Positions 12,858-26,308 of a stretch of 64,000 nucleotides of DNA are shown in pieces. The notes beneath the pieces are model-generated. The model did no database searches, was not told where the DNA came from, and saw only the letters and a list, made by a program, of their open reading frames with translations. Position 1 is the first letter of the stretch; the number at the start of each line of letters is the position of its first letter. Source of the DNA: Lytechinus pictus (taxonomy: Eukaryota); the NCBI RefSeq assembly GCF_037042905.1, contig NC_087252.1, forward strand, positions 19,904,001-19,968,000, in the 5' to 3' direction. The position numbers and the translations under genes were made by a program.

Positions 12858-13584
12858 TTAACCCAATCTAGGCTGGGGTATTTTGAGATCGCGGCCGTCC
12901 ACCGCGCGATCGCGCAAAAAATTGGCACGCAGGTTGTCTGGGATATAATCTACAAAATTGTATAGTAATTTATTTCATGCGAATTGTTATTAAGTAATTA
13001 TGCTAATTTATGCGTAATTAGTATGCGAAATCATACTTCTTCCTCTAACTCCATAAATAAAGCTCCAAATGTTCTAATTTTTGGCATAGAAACTCTTTGT
13101 GGTGTTCTTAGCAAGTTTACATGAAAAAAATTGTGATATCAGATCAATTTCTTATGTATTATATTGTTTTTTGCAATTTCTTATGTATTTCCTTGTTTTT
13201 TGGACCCTTTGTTTTTCATTGTTTTTTCAATGAAATTCGTTGAGGACTCTTCTAAGATCATAAACAGCATAAAATACATACATTTAGACCAGCAAAACTA
13301 AAAATAATCATACATTTATGATTTTTTGTTATAAACACGATTTACATTGACTTTGTACACGAAATCATGTTTTTGAGCAATTTTTGGTCTGACATGCACT
13401 TACATAACATTGCATAATTTCGGAACCGTGTACCTGGGTGACGCAAAATTGGTCTCAAAAGTTGCTCAAGACTTGAAAGTAAAAAGTCAGCGAGTAGCAC
13501 GGTCAAAAAATTGTGCGCGGCGAAAATATTGCGCGACTCGTTGAGGGGGGGCCTCCGAGGCCCCCCCGGCCTAGATAGGGTTAA
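12858..13584. mobile_element. piggyBac-like MITE
   Basis: TTAA-cccaatctaggctgggg ... ccccggcctagataggg-TTAA; a truncated relative lies at about 36450-37112. Confidence 0.8.
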
Positions 13585-14462
13585 CTCTCTTTAATAAGTT
13601 CATGAATGCAGCAGTACAATATAATATCATAAAACACACCTATTCCAATTTTTTTTTTCTAAAAATAAAGAACATTTCAAAAAGAGAGTATGCCATATAT
13701 AGTATTCATATGAAATGTTACAAAGCTTTATTCCAAAATTGGATCACATACTAATTCTATGTCTGCAGTAGCCTTTAAAGGCATTTAAAATGCCACTATC
13801 TTTAACAATAAGTGGTTAAAGGGGTACGCTGGGCTGAACATAATCATATACATGGAATACAGTTTTCTTGCTTATTCTGTTTTTTTCATAATTAAATTTT
13901 TCTTGCAAAGTCTTTGTGTTCTAAGAAGTTTTTTGTTTATTATAACACATTTGCTAGAGGATACAGAGCAACGTTTTCACATTTTCTAGAGGATACAGAG
14001 CAACGTTTAAGGCATATTAAAGTATGTTAAGATTTTACTACGTACCAGTGTTTCCAAATGTTCTTGTACAATAAAAAAATCATGACAAATTAACACATAT
14101 ATCGAGAATGTTAACAACTACATGTAATTCTAAGCTTTGCATAAAACAATAATATATGCATAACATACAATATTTCTAAGCTCTGCATACTGATCAATAT
14201 GTCAAGTGACAAGAATTGTTTTGAAATTAATCTTCAATGTGTACCTCAAATGCAATTGCTCAGTTTCTATTTCAGAACTGTGGAAATGAATCATTATCAC
14301 GGCCCTGCTTCATAAACCTTGTTATCATGACAAAATTATCATAACAGTTAAAAGCTACTAACATTATGCGTCTTGATTGGTTGATGCCAAGTCTCTCATA
14401 GAAACTTGCTATTTGTTGTTACCATAACCATAAGATGAAACAGGTAGAGCGAGAAATGTCTA

Positions 14463-14602
14463 CTAAGGACCTGGACAAGCCGTGTCCAGATCTTCATCCT
14501 CTCCAGTGTATAGACATTGTACAGTTCCATCACGGCATTCGGTAACCAGGTCATAGCAATGTGGAGACCCAATGCAATAGGTAGAATCACCGTCCACACA
14601 TG
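14463..14602 (-). CDS. Gene A terminal exon, LDLa type Y (ACVDGDSTYCIGSPHCYDLVTECRDGTVQCLYTGEDEDLDTACPGP*)
   Basis: Acceptor ttttttag; six Cys and an acidic EDE motif; ends in tandem TAG TAG; no strong donor (only gtcctt). Confidence 0.8.
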
Positions 14603-16116
14603 CTAAAAAAGTAAGAGAAAAATCAAATAATAATAATAATAATAATAATAGGAACAGTGACAACAAGACACAGAAGCTTTCTGGCTGTTCTAGGAGTCGA
14701 GGTGTCCTTTGAAACGATACAGAAGGCAAGCTTGCTTGGAACAGCTCATATCCTACGGAAGGTCTTGAATTAGAAAGAGAAGTGAACAATGAGAAGATGA
14801 CCCATTTGATAGAATATAGAACAATAACCCTAGATTTCTGGAAGAAGTCCGGTTGCTGTTTAATATACCAACAGAACATCAAGTTGTGGACAATGGAAAT
14901 AATAATAATAATAATATGTGCTTGTATAGTACATATCACTGCCCACGGGCATCTCTATGCACTTATAAAAGGTTGAAAGCACATGCCTTATAGATGAAAT
15001 GAACTTCTAGGGCCTTTTTCATGGAGAGTAATGGTACTAGCTTCACCATTATTACCACTTCTATGGTAAACGAATGTAAACATTATCCAAAAGAAAATAA
15101 GACACAAATAACACACACAAACAAACAGAAGCATACATGGGTATACATCACATGTAAAAACAAGTTTGAATGGACAGAATGGCTTTTCATAGATGTAACT
15201 GATTGAATCAATCGCATCTCTTTGTAAGACAAGGCTCTGATCAATTTTCCATGAGGTCTGTGACCACAATGACAATTCCTTGTCAAAATAAACCAGCGTC
15301 TCTGCCGATTAAAGCAAAGAATATCACTAAAATTGTAAGAGCTGGCAATTAGAATGTCAAAGTGCATAGGTCGCACGCACCTAATCCTGCATCAAAAACT
15401 ATTCATTTCACCCCAACCTTTTCCCAAGATTTGTAATTTGATATATATAGCAGATCGACCCCCAAAACATGCATATGATTCGCCAGCTGACACTGATTCT
15501 AGGAAGGGCAATCTCTCCCCTTCCGTTGCATGAATTTGGGGAAGAAATACATGTATTTACTGTTTTCGAAGTGATTGACTAGTGGAAGAGTGGGGGCTAT
15601 TCTACTTTTGCAGGTGATGAATGAGATCTAGTTACAACAGGCCAGAATATACTGATTTATTTCCAAAATAGGGCTGTCAATTTTAGGTCTTGATGGTGGC
15701 ATATGAAAAACAACTATCAGATTATTTACTTTGCAATGGTAGTAAACATCAGTCCCCCTAAGTTACATGTAATCCTTATTTTACATGTAGATGAATTTTT
15801 GTTTCTTGCTACATTAATACACATGTCTATGGGGAAATAATTACAAGTGTGAAACCTGTAATGTTAATGAGAACAACAAAATTTAAGAAAGTGGATTCCT
15901 TGAAACCTTGTTAATCAGACAAGTATTATCTTTTATTGCTGCATTTGATCATAGGAACAGCTTTTCCAACTACAGTCAACGCCAACATAAAAATGTTAAC
16001 CAAGGAATGGAAAATATCTAACTGGAAATTGATCACATAGGACAGATGTCGGTGGTCTGGAATGACCATATCATGCAAGTTGAAACCAGTGTTTTCAGGT
16101 TTTTTAGGCTACTCAC

Positions 16117-16503
16117 CCACAGCTGTGACTCTGAATCTCACATAAGCTTCTGTGTTTGTCGGGAAGTTAAGAAGAACATATCCAGTACTGCTTTCTAGTG
16201 TAAAATTCTTTGTTGAGCTGATGCTCTCCACAGATCCAAAAGTATCAAAGTAAGCTTCCTCTGACAAAGGAGATAGAGGGTCTTCCCCGGCTCCAGCAGT
16301 CACAATCGGATGGTAGTCCAGGGAGTGATCTGCAGTTCCTGTGAAGTTCAGAACCTCCACAAAGAGCGTTGCCCCGGAATCGGCTTGGAAGACGTAATGG
16401 TAGAAGTAGAACCTCTGGCTAGCTGGTGTGCCTCGATACTCCACAGGATCTCCAGCTCTTTGTTCTATTGTAATCCATTCTCCAGTTGTGACGTTTCGTG
16501 GTC
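16117..16503 (-). CDS. Gene A, Cys-free beta domain copy 4 (single 387-bp exon)
   Basis: Phase 1-1; acceptor gacag, donor gtgagt. Sequence R.TPAS...HYVFQADSGATLFVEVLNFT...G.G.DP...NFT....GYVL...FRVTAVG aligns by eye with copies 1-3. Confidence 0.85.
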
Positions 16504-17146
16504 CTGTCATGGTCAGTAAAACATCAAAGAAATTGAGGGATTAATGAAGAATGTTATGCTTTGCTGGTGTGGACCAATTTGTGATAGCGTCACAACGATT
16601 TGTCCAATCTCGAGGGGTTAATATGACTTTGTAACATGTCACTGTCTCACCTCCTTGGGAACTATTAATGTGGTGAGACAGAATCCTTCTAAGTGTTCGT
16701 ATTCATGATTAAACAACATTTATTTGCCAAATAATTCTGTTAGAAATGTGTAATTGCTGAAGAATAGACAACACATGTGCTTATCTGTGTTGGTGATTTT
16801 CAGTGTGATTATTTTCAGCTTAGATTTCATGAGGACACATTAAGTTAGGTTTACATGTATTTGACTGAATCAGGACCCTGTAACACAAAGGGTAGCAATT
16901 AATCATTTGATGAAATGGCCTATCATGATCATCGTTTCATGCGCATTTTGCTCAGTCGACTGACTAGGAACCAATCGGGATTGTTCTTTCAATTGAGTGA
17001 TTAATGGCCTTTGTATTAAAGGGCACAGATCTACATACACAATAATATGCTGACAACTAATCTTGATTTCAAAGCCTTTCTCATGATAACAATCGTTTTT
17101 TTAAAGACTTTCTCATAGAATAATTGTTTGCTGCACCTAAAGGTAC

Positions 17147-17879
17147 TTAACCACAATTAGACTGGGCTATTTCGATGCCTGAGAAGACTGGGGGGCTGAT
17201 TCAGCCCCCCTTATAGGATCTTGGCTGTCAATCGTGCGATCGCGACGAAAATTGGCACACGCGTTACCCATGTCATTATTTACAAAACTATAATATCAAA
17301 TTCTGTGAAAAATCTCATTGCTCATTAATTATGCTAATTTATGCGTAAAATCATGATAAGTTTGCTCTAATTAATAAAATAATGCCCCTAAAATGCTAAT
17401 TTTTGTTTCACATACTCTAGATAGGCATCTGATCAAATTTATTTTTTTTAAATTTCAACATCACATTTATTTTCTTATGTACTCTATTGTTTTCTAAATT
17501 TCTTATGTATTTCTTTGTTTTCGACTTTTCGTTTTTTGTTTTTTCAATGGAAATTGTCAGGGACTTTATTTTGACCATAAAAAGGATAATATTAATTGCT
17601 TTTAAGCAGTAAAAGGAAAAAAAGGAAAAATAATCTTACAATTATGAAGTTTGGCTAAAAACACCATTTGCATTGGATTTGTACACAAATTCACGTATTT
17701 GAGTGATTTTGAGTCTGCATGCACTTACAAAATGTGTAATTACGGAACCGGGTACCCGGGGGTCACAATTTTGGTCTCAAAAGTTGCACGAGTCTTGAAA
17801 GTAAAAAGTCAGCAAGTGACGCGGTAAAAAAATGTCAAGGGGGGGCTGAATCAGCCCCCCCCAGTCTTCTTAGAGTTAA
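17147..17879. mobile_element. piggyBac-like MITE
   Basis: TTAA flanks; gggggctgattcagccccc subterminal hairpins; inverted relative of 26309-27126. Confidence 0.75.
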
Positions 17880-17902
17880 GAGAATATTCATTAAAGTCTT
17901 AC

Positions 17903-18022
17903 TGATATAATCTGAATGCCTGCAAAAGTCTTCATCCGCTCCATCAGGTTCGCAATGCACAAGGAAGTCACATAAATAAGCATCAAGGAGGCATGCATCC
18001 TCGTTGGGGCATTTGAAACAAT
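17903..18022 (-). CDS. Gene A LDLa type X exon (DCFKCPNEDACLLDAYLCDFLVHCEPDGADEDFCRHSDYI)
   Basis: 120 bp, phase 1-1, acceptor ttttctaag, donor gtaaga; six Cys and a DE motif. Confidence 0.85.
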
Positions 18023-18253
18023 CTTAGAAAAAAATAAGAAAATGAAATTGAGAAAACAACACCTGTATTAAACACAGAAAGTGTTTATTTCAGACATCGT
18101 ATCTACTTTGATACATGCATATCAAGACACAAGAAGAAGCACATGACATGGGAAAATATAAAACAAAAAAAGTTATAGTTTGAGGTTTCTTTTCATTACT
18201 TGTCATGATTAAACCCTTTATAGCTCACAAAACCTTTCAATGCACTCACATTA

Positions 18254-18726
18254 GGTGGTTTCAGACCGCCTCGAAGTTCGTCAGTTCCAGGTATTCTCTG
18301 ATCGGGAAATTTACCCCGATCAGAAAATACCAGGTATTTTGGTAATGTGAAAGCAAACTACGCGTAATTTCCCCGAAAGAAAATACCCGCTAAATAGTAG
18401 GTACTTGGCGAAATTACGAGAACTTTCGCGGGGATTTTTCCAAGGTCGCAGGTATTTTGGCGATGTGAAAGCAAATTACGGGAACTTTTAGCCCAGCGTG
18501 TTGTTGGGTGCGGCGCCGTGGGTGGCTGCTGGGCTAGTAGTTTTGAATCTCGCGCCTTGCCTGCTTATTAGACCATACTGCGCATGCTCCTAACTTCAGG
18601 AATTTATCCCGAAGTGTATGTTTCGGGGCGGTCTGAATGCAGGAATAATTAATGGGTATTTTTTAGCCTAAAAATGTTCTCGTAATTTAACGGGGATTCT
18701 TGTGATCGAGGCGGTTTGAAACCACC
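18254..18726. mobile_element. PIF/Harbinger-like MITE
   Basis: TIRs ggtggtttcagaccgcctcga / tcgaggcggtttgaaaccacc. Confidence 0.65.
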
Positions 18727-19075
18727 TATACGTGCATCACTTGTATACTAACCATCACAATATGACATTCCAGACACCATGAATATTTAACACCACCGAA
18801 ATGAGCGACATTAATGACACTTCAAAACCCGGGGGGGGGGGGGGCCTGTTACACTGACGATTGCATTCCATGCACGACCAAAAAATCACGTAAAAAGGAT
18901 GTCTGTTTCAAGATAGGGCACGTTACGTACGTACATTGTAACATGATAAGGGTGTCAAAAACACAAAAATAATGAAAAAAGAAAGCTATACGTGTTTAGG
19001 GTGCTTATCAAGACCCCTTGGTCGCACATTGTATCCACTCGTCAATGGAAGTGGCCCCCCGGGTTCAAAACTCAC

Positions 19076-19195
19076 CACAATCTTCTTCATCGCTACCATC
19101 GACGCAATCTGTTAAGAAGTCACACACTGAGTCATTGGAAATACAGTTACCATATACAGGATCAGCGGTTTGGCATGAAAATTCATTGCACTGAT
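19076..19195 (-). CDS. Gene A LDLa exon ([40 protein letters not shown])
   Basis: 120 bp, phase 1-1; canonical CD...DC.DGSDE..C LDLa motif. Confidence 0.9.
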
Positions 19196-19997
19196 CTGTG
19201 ACAAAAACAAAAAAGAGATTGATTGATATAATAGTTTTTTATTTTTCAACAGTGATTAAACACATCTGCTTCTCAGACAATCACATTTAAATAAGAGAAA
19301 CTTTCCTCTGATCCTTAAAAATCCAAAAAAATGAATTAGAGGAAAAGCTATCTTAAGATTTTGTAAAGGGTAAAATCCTGGTCTGAAATACAGTGTCGGC
19401 CGTGGGAAATGTCACACGCGTGCCTGCGGACGCCCTTAGGGCTTTCCCTCATCTACCCGAGGGCATTTGAGGGGAGAGGACGAGGGTGTTTGCCCGGACG
19501 AAAAAATTGACCACGTCTGCAATTGGCCGTGCCCCGCATTTACCCTAAGGCACACTAGCATTATAGGCTTACTTCAGTTCTCTTCTGATAGACCATAATC
19601 TGAATATTATGTTTTCAAAACTAGCGTGATCGGAATCTGTTCTAGATTATATTTAGGATTTTAGACATTAAATTATCGCATTCTTCTTTCGAAATCAGAT
19701 CAAGCACGAAAGCCTTCCCCAAAATAAATAAATTTTTTCTGTTTCGGTAACGGTGGTTGTCGATTGCAATCAGAAGTTGGCGTGTTCTTTCGACATTAGA
19801 TCATGCACAGATGGTTAAGTCCCCACTTATTATAATTTTTCCCTTTTGGGTATGGCTATTTTAAAGCCAATATAACAAGTTTACGACACAACATTTCCTT
19901 TAAAAAAGTTTAGATAAAAGTTATGGCTATTTACCAGACTATTATACCACGTAGAAGTGTTCACTGCTAGCTACATGCACTACAATAATGCAACACA

Positions 19998-20255
19998 CAG
20001 GGGGGTACAGGTCAATGCACAAAGAGGTAACTTTCAACTCACCAGTAGGACTTGAAGAAGTGGTTGTAGGAGTGGATGAAGGGGGGGGGGGGGTACAGGT
20101 CAATGCACGAAGAGGTAATTTCAACTCACCAGTAGGACTTGAAGAAGTGGTTGTAGGAGTGGATGAAGGGGGGGGGGTACAGGTCAATGCACGAAGAGGT
20201 AAATTTCAACTCACCAGTAGGACTTGAAGAAGTGGTTGTAGGAGTGGATGAAGGA
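19998..20255 (-). repeat. Tandem triplication (85-87-bp unit) of the mucin exon 3' end, donor and intron start
   Basis: Three copies of ccttcatccactcctacaaccacttcttcaagtcctactg|gtgagttgaaa; exon boundaries at 20215, 20130 and 20043. Confidence 0.9.
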
Positions 20256-20394
20256 ATAGTTGTAGGACTGGTAGGAGAACTAGTAACAGGACTAACTGTA
20301 GGACTGGTTGGGGAACTGGTATCGGGACTAACTGTAGGACTGGTTGGGGAACTAGTATCGGGACTTAATGTAGAACTGGTGGTAGGAGTGGTTG
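20215..20394 (-). CDS. Gene A Ser/Thr/Pro mucin-like linker exon
   Basis: 180 bp, phase 1-1: ATTPTTSSTLSPDTSSPTSPTVSPDTSSPTSPTVSPVTSSPTSPTTIPSSTPTTTSSSPT, with an internal 36-bp repeat. Confidence 0.8.
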
Positions 20395-20834
20395 CTGTAT
20401 GAAAGAACAATCAAAACATGTCAAGTCATGAAAGATGTACACAAATATTGAATGCTTAATGGGGCATGGTCAAACCTATTCACCCAGAGGGGATTTCTTC
20501 ACATTGCTACATGCAGAGAGTTAAGGATCGGTGGATAAGTCTCCTGACTTAAATATAAAAGGTTTGAGGGTTCAAATCCCGGTCATGGTGTAATATACAT
20601 TTGCAAAAAATTGATCCATATTGTGCTGCACCCAACCCAGGAGAGGTAAATGTGTAACTGAGAAATTTTCAGGGTGGAAAATATAACAAGATTTGACATC
20701 ATGCAACATCATACTTAAAAATACTGATACTACTACTCCTCCTACTACTACTTCTACTACAGCTACTACCACTTGTGGCACTACTACTACCACTACTGCT
20801 ACTCCTCCTCCTACTCCCATTACTACTACCACTA

Positions 20835-21822
20835 TAGTGCGTATCAAAAAAAAGTTTACACCTTGAAAAAGCCCTGGGAATTAAAAAATATACATTATGT
20901 GGGTAATTTTTTCACAGATAATCTTGGGTTTGGGTCTCATCTATCCAATGAACGTAAAAGTTTTGACAGAATGTTACACTTGAGTGAGCACTGTCCATTT
21001 TTATAAAGCTCGCAGAAATCTGTTTGAGCAGAAATGCTTGTTTACACGCTGTGTCAAGGGGGAAGGGCGAAATCAAACTCACCCTGCAAAATATTTCTCA
21101 TACATTTCCTTTGCACTTTTAGTCAATTGAAATAAAACCGATTACATTCAAGCATTTTGTAACAATTTTGCCACCCAAACTGAAATGTCAAAACTTAGTA
21201 AACACAACCCTTACCCTTTTTGTGCCAGCTGGATCTGAGGACATAACTAAATCTGAACAAAAGTTTATGTCAGACATCTCCAGCATTTTTTCACTAAGTT
21301 TTTATCATTTAAAGTGGGTTTACATTTCATTTTTCATTTAATACTTGTTTCTCCACACCTTTTCCAAGCTTTACAATGATTAACAAAATGAAAATCAAGC
21401 CTCAGCCATTTCATGTAAATCACAGCTCAGTGTATAGCAAATATCGTCACGATGGCCTCGGTGTGTGGGGGAGTGGGGTGGTGCGCAATGCACTCTTCAA
21501 AGTGTTTTGGGCAAGGAAACAAGTTAATAAAGATATCTTCAAATCACTTTTACTAGCTAAATTCCACGTGTTCTTTATGATTAAGGTCTACTTTTATTCC
21601 CAAAACTATTTAAAAGTTCTGTGCAAATCATTTTTCACTAACTGTTCAATTACATGTAAGTAAGTGGTGCTCACTCAAGCGGAAATATTTTTCGACAGTT
21701 ACTTCGTCATTTGCTTAAATGGATCTGTACCAATGTTAAAATGTGGGAAAATTTTCAGGATATTACAAATGTATGATTTTAGAGGAATTTTTCTAAGTGT
21801 TAACTTTTTTTGATACGCACTG
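20835..21822. mobile_element. Tc1/mariner-like MITE inserted into a (CTA)n microsatellite
   Basis: TIRs agtgcgtatcaaaaaaaagtt / aactttttttgatacgcactg; (CTA)n tracts flank both sides (20727-20833 and 21826-22090). Confidence 0.75.
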
Positions 21823-22115
21823 TGTATTACTACTTCTACTACTATCACTACTACTCCTCTTCTACTAACTACTACCACTACTAACTCCTAATGTACTACT
21901 ACTTCTACTACTACTACTCTACTACGACGACGACTACTACGGCTACTTCTACTACTACTACCACTACTACTGCTACTACTACTTCTTCTTCTACTACTTT
22001 AACTACTACTACATGTATGACTACTAGTTCTACTACTATTACTCCTACTACTAGTACTGCTGTTACTACTGCTACTTCCACTACTACTATAATAATAATA
22101 ATATCTAGACCTCAC

Positions 22116-22235
22116 CGCAAGACAGCTCATCAGACAAATCCACACAATCGTAAATGTCATCACACACCCTCGAAGGATCAATGCAAAGACTGTCATTCCC
22201 AGCATTGTTAACACAGCAGAATGGAGGCAGTTCTT
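22116..22235 (-). CDS. Gene A LDLa exon (QELPPFCCVNNAGNDSLCIDPSRVCDDIYDCVDLSDELSC)
   Basis: 120 bp, phase 1-1, acceptor ctttgcag, donor gtgagg. This frame is not the one in the ORF track. Confidence 0.85.
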
Positions 22236-22281
22236 CTGCAAAGGGTATGAGTAATACACATCATCTAGAAATATTAGTAAT

Positions 22282-22530
22282 GGGTCTGTCACATCGTTCC
22301 GAGCAACCCCTGCGGGTGAGTTGTGGGTGAATGCCTGCGACTCACCAGCAAAAATGTTTAGAGCATGTTCAAAACTTTCCTGCATGCAAATCAGAGACTT
22401 GTGCGTGCTTCTGCGGGCAATATGTGCGAAATAGGGTATGTGTTACTGTCAATGTGGGCGACCTGCGGGTGGCAAAAAGAGTCACCCTCGAGTCACCCAC
22501 AAGGCTTGCACAGAACGATGTGACAGGGCC
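22282..22530. mobile_element. Harbinger-like MITE
   Basis: TIRs gggtctgtcacatcgttc / gaacgatgtgacagggcc. Confidence 0.6.
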
Positions 22531-23539
22531 TTAAGAGCTACATGCATAAGGTCACTTAACATGCATAAAAAAGCAGTTCTGTAATTAACACACCCGAGGC
22601 AGAGCCGAGGGAGATACATGTACATGTAGGACTGTTTCAAAAGGAACATGAGAGTGGGGGATTATTTCGAAAGGCCACCGCACACCTCACGATTGGTCTG
22701 TGACCCGATATATTTGAATAAAACTTATTAGAATTTGATGCTAATATTGGGACATGGAATACCTTACTGTGTAAATCATTGTAGAAAATGAAATACCTAA
22801 GTTAAAATCTGTGACTATGCTACATGTATCATCCTTATTAGAACAAAAGCAGAAACAAGATGAGGAAGAAGGAGAATTCCATACAAAGGGTAACATACAT
22901 TCATATATTTTAGTATTTTCATAATGCCTCCTCATAATGCAGGTAGCAGTAGGGAGCTAGGTATTTCTTTTTATAAAGGTCGAAATGGCTTGGGATGTAC
23001 ACCAATATTCACACATGAAATGCATGTTCAGTGATCTACATTACAATGGTATAATGCAAATTCTAGCAAGGGAAATACATACAGTTTTGCCTTTACATAC
23101 CGCCTTTCAATAGTAACATACCAAAGATGCTTAACAATGTATAATATAAAGATTGTATTCAACATACTATGAATCTTCTTTAAGATTGGTAAAAAAGAGT
23201 TAACCAGGTGATTAAGTATAGTTTCCCCATGATCTTTCTCCATTACACGCAGTGACAATCTGGATGCGCACGAAGAGTAAAATGGAAAAAAAGACTACTA
23301 CTAATGGCATAATATCCACACATATTCCTATTCAACAAAAAAATTATGACAATTTTCCCCAAGTATAATTTATATTCGAATTAGAATAGTGCTGCATTTC
23401 TTGTTTATAATCATGATGGTAAATGTTTGCTTACAATTAAGTTATGTTGAAAAATGATTACACTTGCATACTTTTGTTATTGAATCAGTTTGTAACATCA
23501 CCTGTATTCCCACAAGACAATCGCGACACTTTAACTTAC

Positions 23540-23656
23540 GATCGCAGAACAGTTCGTCACTTTCATCAGAACAATCAATAAATCCATCACATCTCCATTC
23601 ACTTGGTAGGCAAGGGTCATCAATCCAAATAATTTCGCATTCAAAGCAGTCAGAAC
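23540..23656 (-). CDS. Gene A LDLa exon (CSDCFECEIIWIDDPCLPSEWRCDGFIDCSDESDELFCD)
   Basis: 117 bp, phase 1-1; its first GT completes the Cys codon left open by the exon at 27412. Confidence 0.9.
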
Positions 23657-24072
23657 CTATGAGACAAATGTTATTCATTAAAACTCTCCATATCAATGAC
23701 ACTTGCTCTGGTGACAATTCTGCCCAACTTTGGCAAAAGGAAGCAAGAGACACATCAGTCAAATTTGAGTTATTGTTGTTTCTGAAACAACCTTTGTATA
23801 TTGCACGTTCAGGCAAAATTTGGGGATGAAGTGATCGTTCCAAGGAAAGATATTGAAGGAAATATGCTGTTAAATTGCATTGATGCCCATGTAAATGACG
23901 AACACACATTGCTCATTTACAACAAATGATACTTTTGTAACTTGCTTCCTTTTGCCAAAGTATGGAAGAACTGCTCCGCACTAAATTCCACACACTAATC
24001 CAATGACCAGCTTCAACAATGGATTAACACCATACCTTACACTAAACATAACATAAAACCCTATTTGCAACC

Positions 24073-24470
24073 TTAAAGGTAAATTCCAGTTCTAACGATC
24101 TCAAAATGACTTTTTACAGAATCTAATATAATGACCACCCAAGTGTCTGTTTGTATGAATAAAAATATGTGCCAAAGGATTCTGGAAGAAATTGTGTAAT
24201 TGCTGAGAAATAAGCAAAATAAGCGCGGATTCGGTCACTTCCATCGGGTCTTTATTCCAGCAATAATAATACACTGTCCCATGTGTGTCTATCTGTGTTG
24301 GTGATATTCAGTGTGAAAATTTTTCAGCGTAGATTTCAAGATTTCACAAAGTTCAGTTTATGTAACTGTACCAGATCTAGATCCTCGATGATATACTGAC
24401 AATTAAGCCTGGTTTTACAGACTTTCTCGTAAAATCAGCGTTTACTGCAACTACTGGCCTTTCTCTTTAA
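24073..24470. mobile_element. Kolobok-like TTAA MITE, copy 1
   Basis: TTAA-aggtaaattccagt ... actggcctttctct-TTAA; inverted homolog of 25327-25729. Confidence 0.7.
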
Positions 24471-25326
24471 CCCTACCATCTGAGAAGAAATTAAGCTCAG
24501 AGCAATAATTGCCGTAGGAGCAAATTTTGTGTCACCCTGATAACCAATTGCAGGGAGATTATAACACTAAACAGATCCAAATGGAGTTGGAATTCTTAAC
24601 AAGTGCACACATTTGTATCAATAATGCATATCATTTACAATGTACTTAATGCAAGAGAAAGAGAGCAATGTACATGAAGATATAGCGCCTTGCATGCTCA
24701 TGGGCCCTGTTTGGAATCAAATCCCAATCTTCCATGCTGTCGTCAAGCGCTTAAGACCACTCGGCCATCATGCCACCTTGACTTCGAAAAATAAGGTGTA
24801 TGTTCTGTTATAGTGATCCTCACCACACCAAGTTTTCTGGGCTGGCATTGGAAATGCGCTTTACCCTATATTTAATCCAGGAGCTAGACGATATCAACCA
24901 TAAACCTATGAAAATACTGTAGTTAAACTTGGACATCGCTCTCATTAAAAAAAAACTAGTTAATACTGGAAATCGGCTCAGGAAACCAGTTTGGAAAATC
25001 GCTTTGCTAGCGTTCCCATTTGATCAGCCGAAAGAGGTTTTCAAAACCTCTTCACATATAAAAGTGGCATTGTTGCTATGGGAACACTCTCAGTGGGTGA
25101 CATGTTTCTCGCGAAATTTGAAACCGCAGCGTAGGCATTTCACATACAGTGGAATAGAGCGCTCAAAGAACGGTTGTGTCCTCACACTAAAAAACCCAGT
25201 TTAACGAGGCAAAGCGATTTTCAAAACTGCATCGCGAGGTGGTTTTCTGAACAGGTTTGGAAAATGGCTTCCACGACCGCTTTGACTATTCTCATTACAC
25301 ATTAAACTAGTTTCCAGTAAACTAGT

Positions 25327-25729
25327 TTAAAGAGAAATTCCAGTAGTTGCAATAAACACTGATTTCATGAGAAAGTCTGTAAAACACGGCTTAATTGTCT
25401 GTATATCATCGAGGATCTAGATCTGGTACAGATACATAAACTGAACTTCGTGAAATCTTGAAATCTACGCTGCAAAATGTGCAGACTGAAGATCCCCAAC
25501 ACAGATAAGCGCACGTGGGACAGTATATAACTATTGCTTTGAATGTCGTGCCCGACGCTCTACCCGAATCCTGTGCTTATTTGCTGATTTCTCAGCAATT
25601 ACACAATTTCTTCCAGAATCCTTTGGCACATACGTTTTATTTATACAAACAGACACTTTGGTGGTCATTTTATTGGATTCTGTACGAACTCATTTTGATA
25701 TCATTACCAAAACTAGCATTTACCTTTAA
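25327..25729. mobile_element. Kolobok-like TTAA MITE, copy 2 (opposite orientation)
   Basis: TTAA-agagaaattccagt ... actagcatttacct-TTAA; body is the reverse complement of 24073-24470. Confidence 0.7.
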
Positions 25730-26308
25730 GGATGGTAGTGAGAACGGTGTCTTAGTCTGCATACAATCTACATGTACCCACTATCCATGTGGTGTTATTC
25801 TAAACAGTCTATAAAGTTGGTGTACTAACAACTTGGTTTTGTCCTCTTCATTTCTCTGCCCTTTTTTTTTTCTGTATACAGGTTTATCCCACCACAGGCC
25901 TTTGATTTTCAGGTCTTACGCCTTCTTCTACAAAAACATGCACATATCTATATTCCTCATATATATCTATGTTTATGAAAAATGTAGAAACTGGCAAAAT
26001 GGAAAAAAAATGTCCATTTGAATTGAATTGAATAAAAAAATTTAACTGTTTTGTCTAATTTCGAGTTAAATTATTACTCACTTGGTTTGAACAACGATAA
26101 GGCAAATCAGGGAGGAAAAAACGGTGAAGATCAAATTTTACATAAATACAATGCAGAGCAAAGCCTGGTGCACACTATGCGACTTGTTGCAATCCAAATT
26201 TCACAGAAATTGTAATAACATCCGATATGAACTTTCCAAAAAATAAAAACCTTTGCGACCTGAATTCAGAATAGTGGTAGGACTTCTGAATTCGAAATTC
26301 AAACTAGT

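Noticed and set aside
21891..22385. Poly-Thr and poly-Ser ORFs as mucin exons
   Set aside because: They come from a (CTA)n microsatellite split by a MITE; the real exon (22116-22235) is in a different frame.
26082..26143. Signal-peptide-like stretch on the minus strand (M*NLIFTVFSSLICLIVVQT) ending at gtgagt
   Set aside because: A stop follows the ATG immediately and the donor is phase 2, incompatible with the phase-1 exons; the split Cys codon supports direct 27412-23656 splicing.
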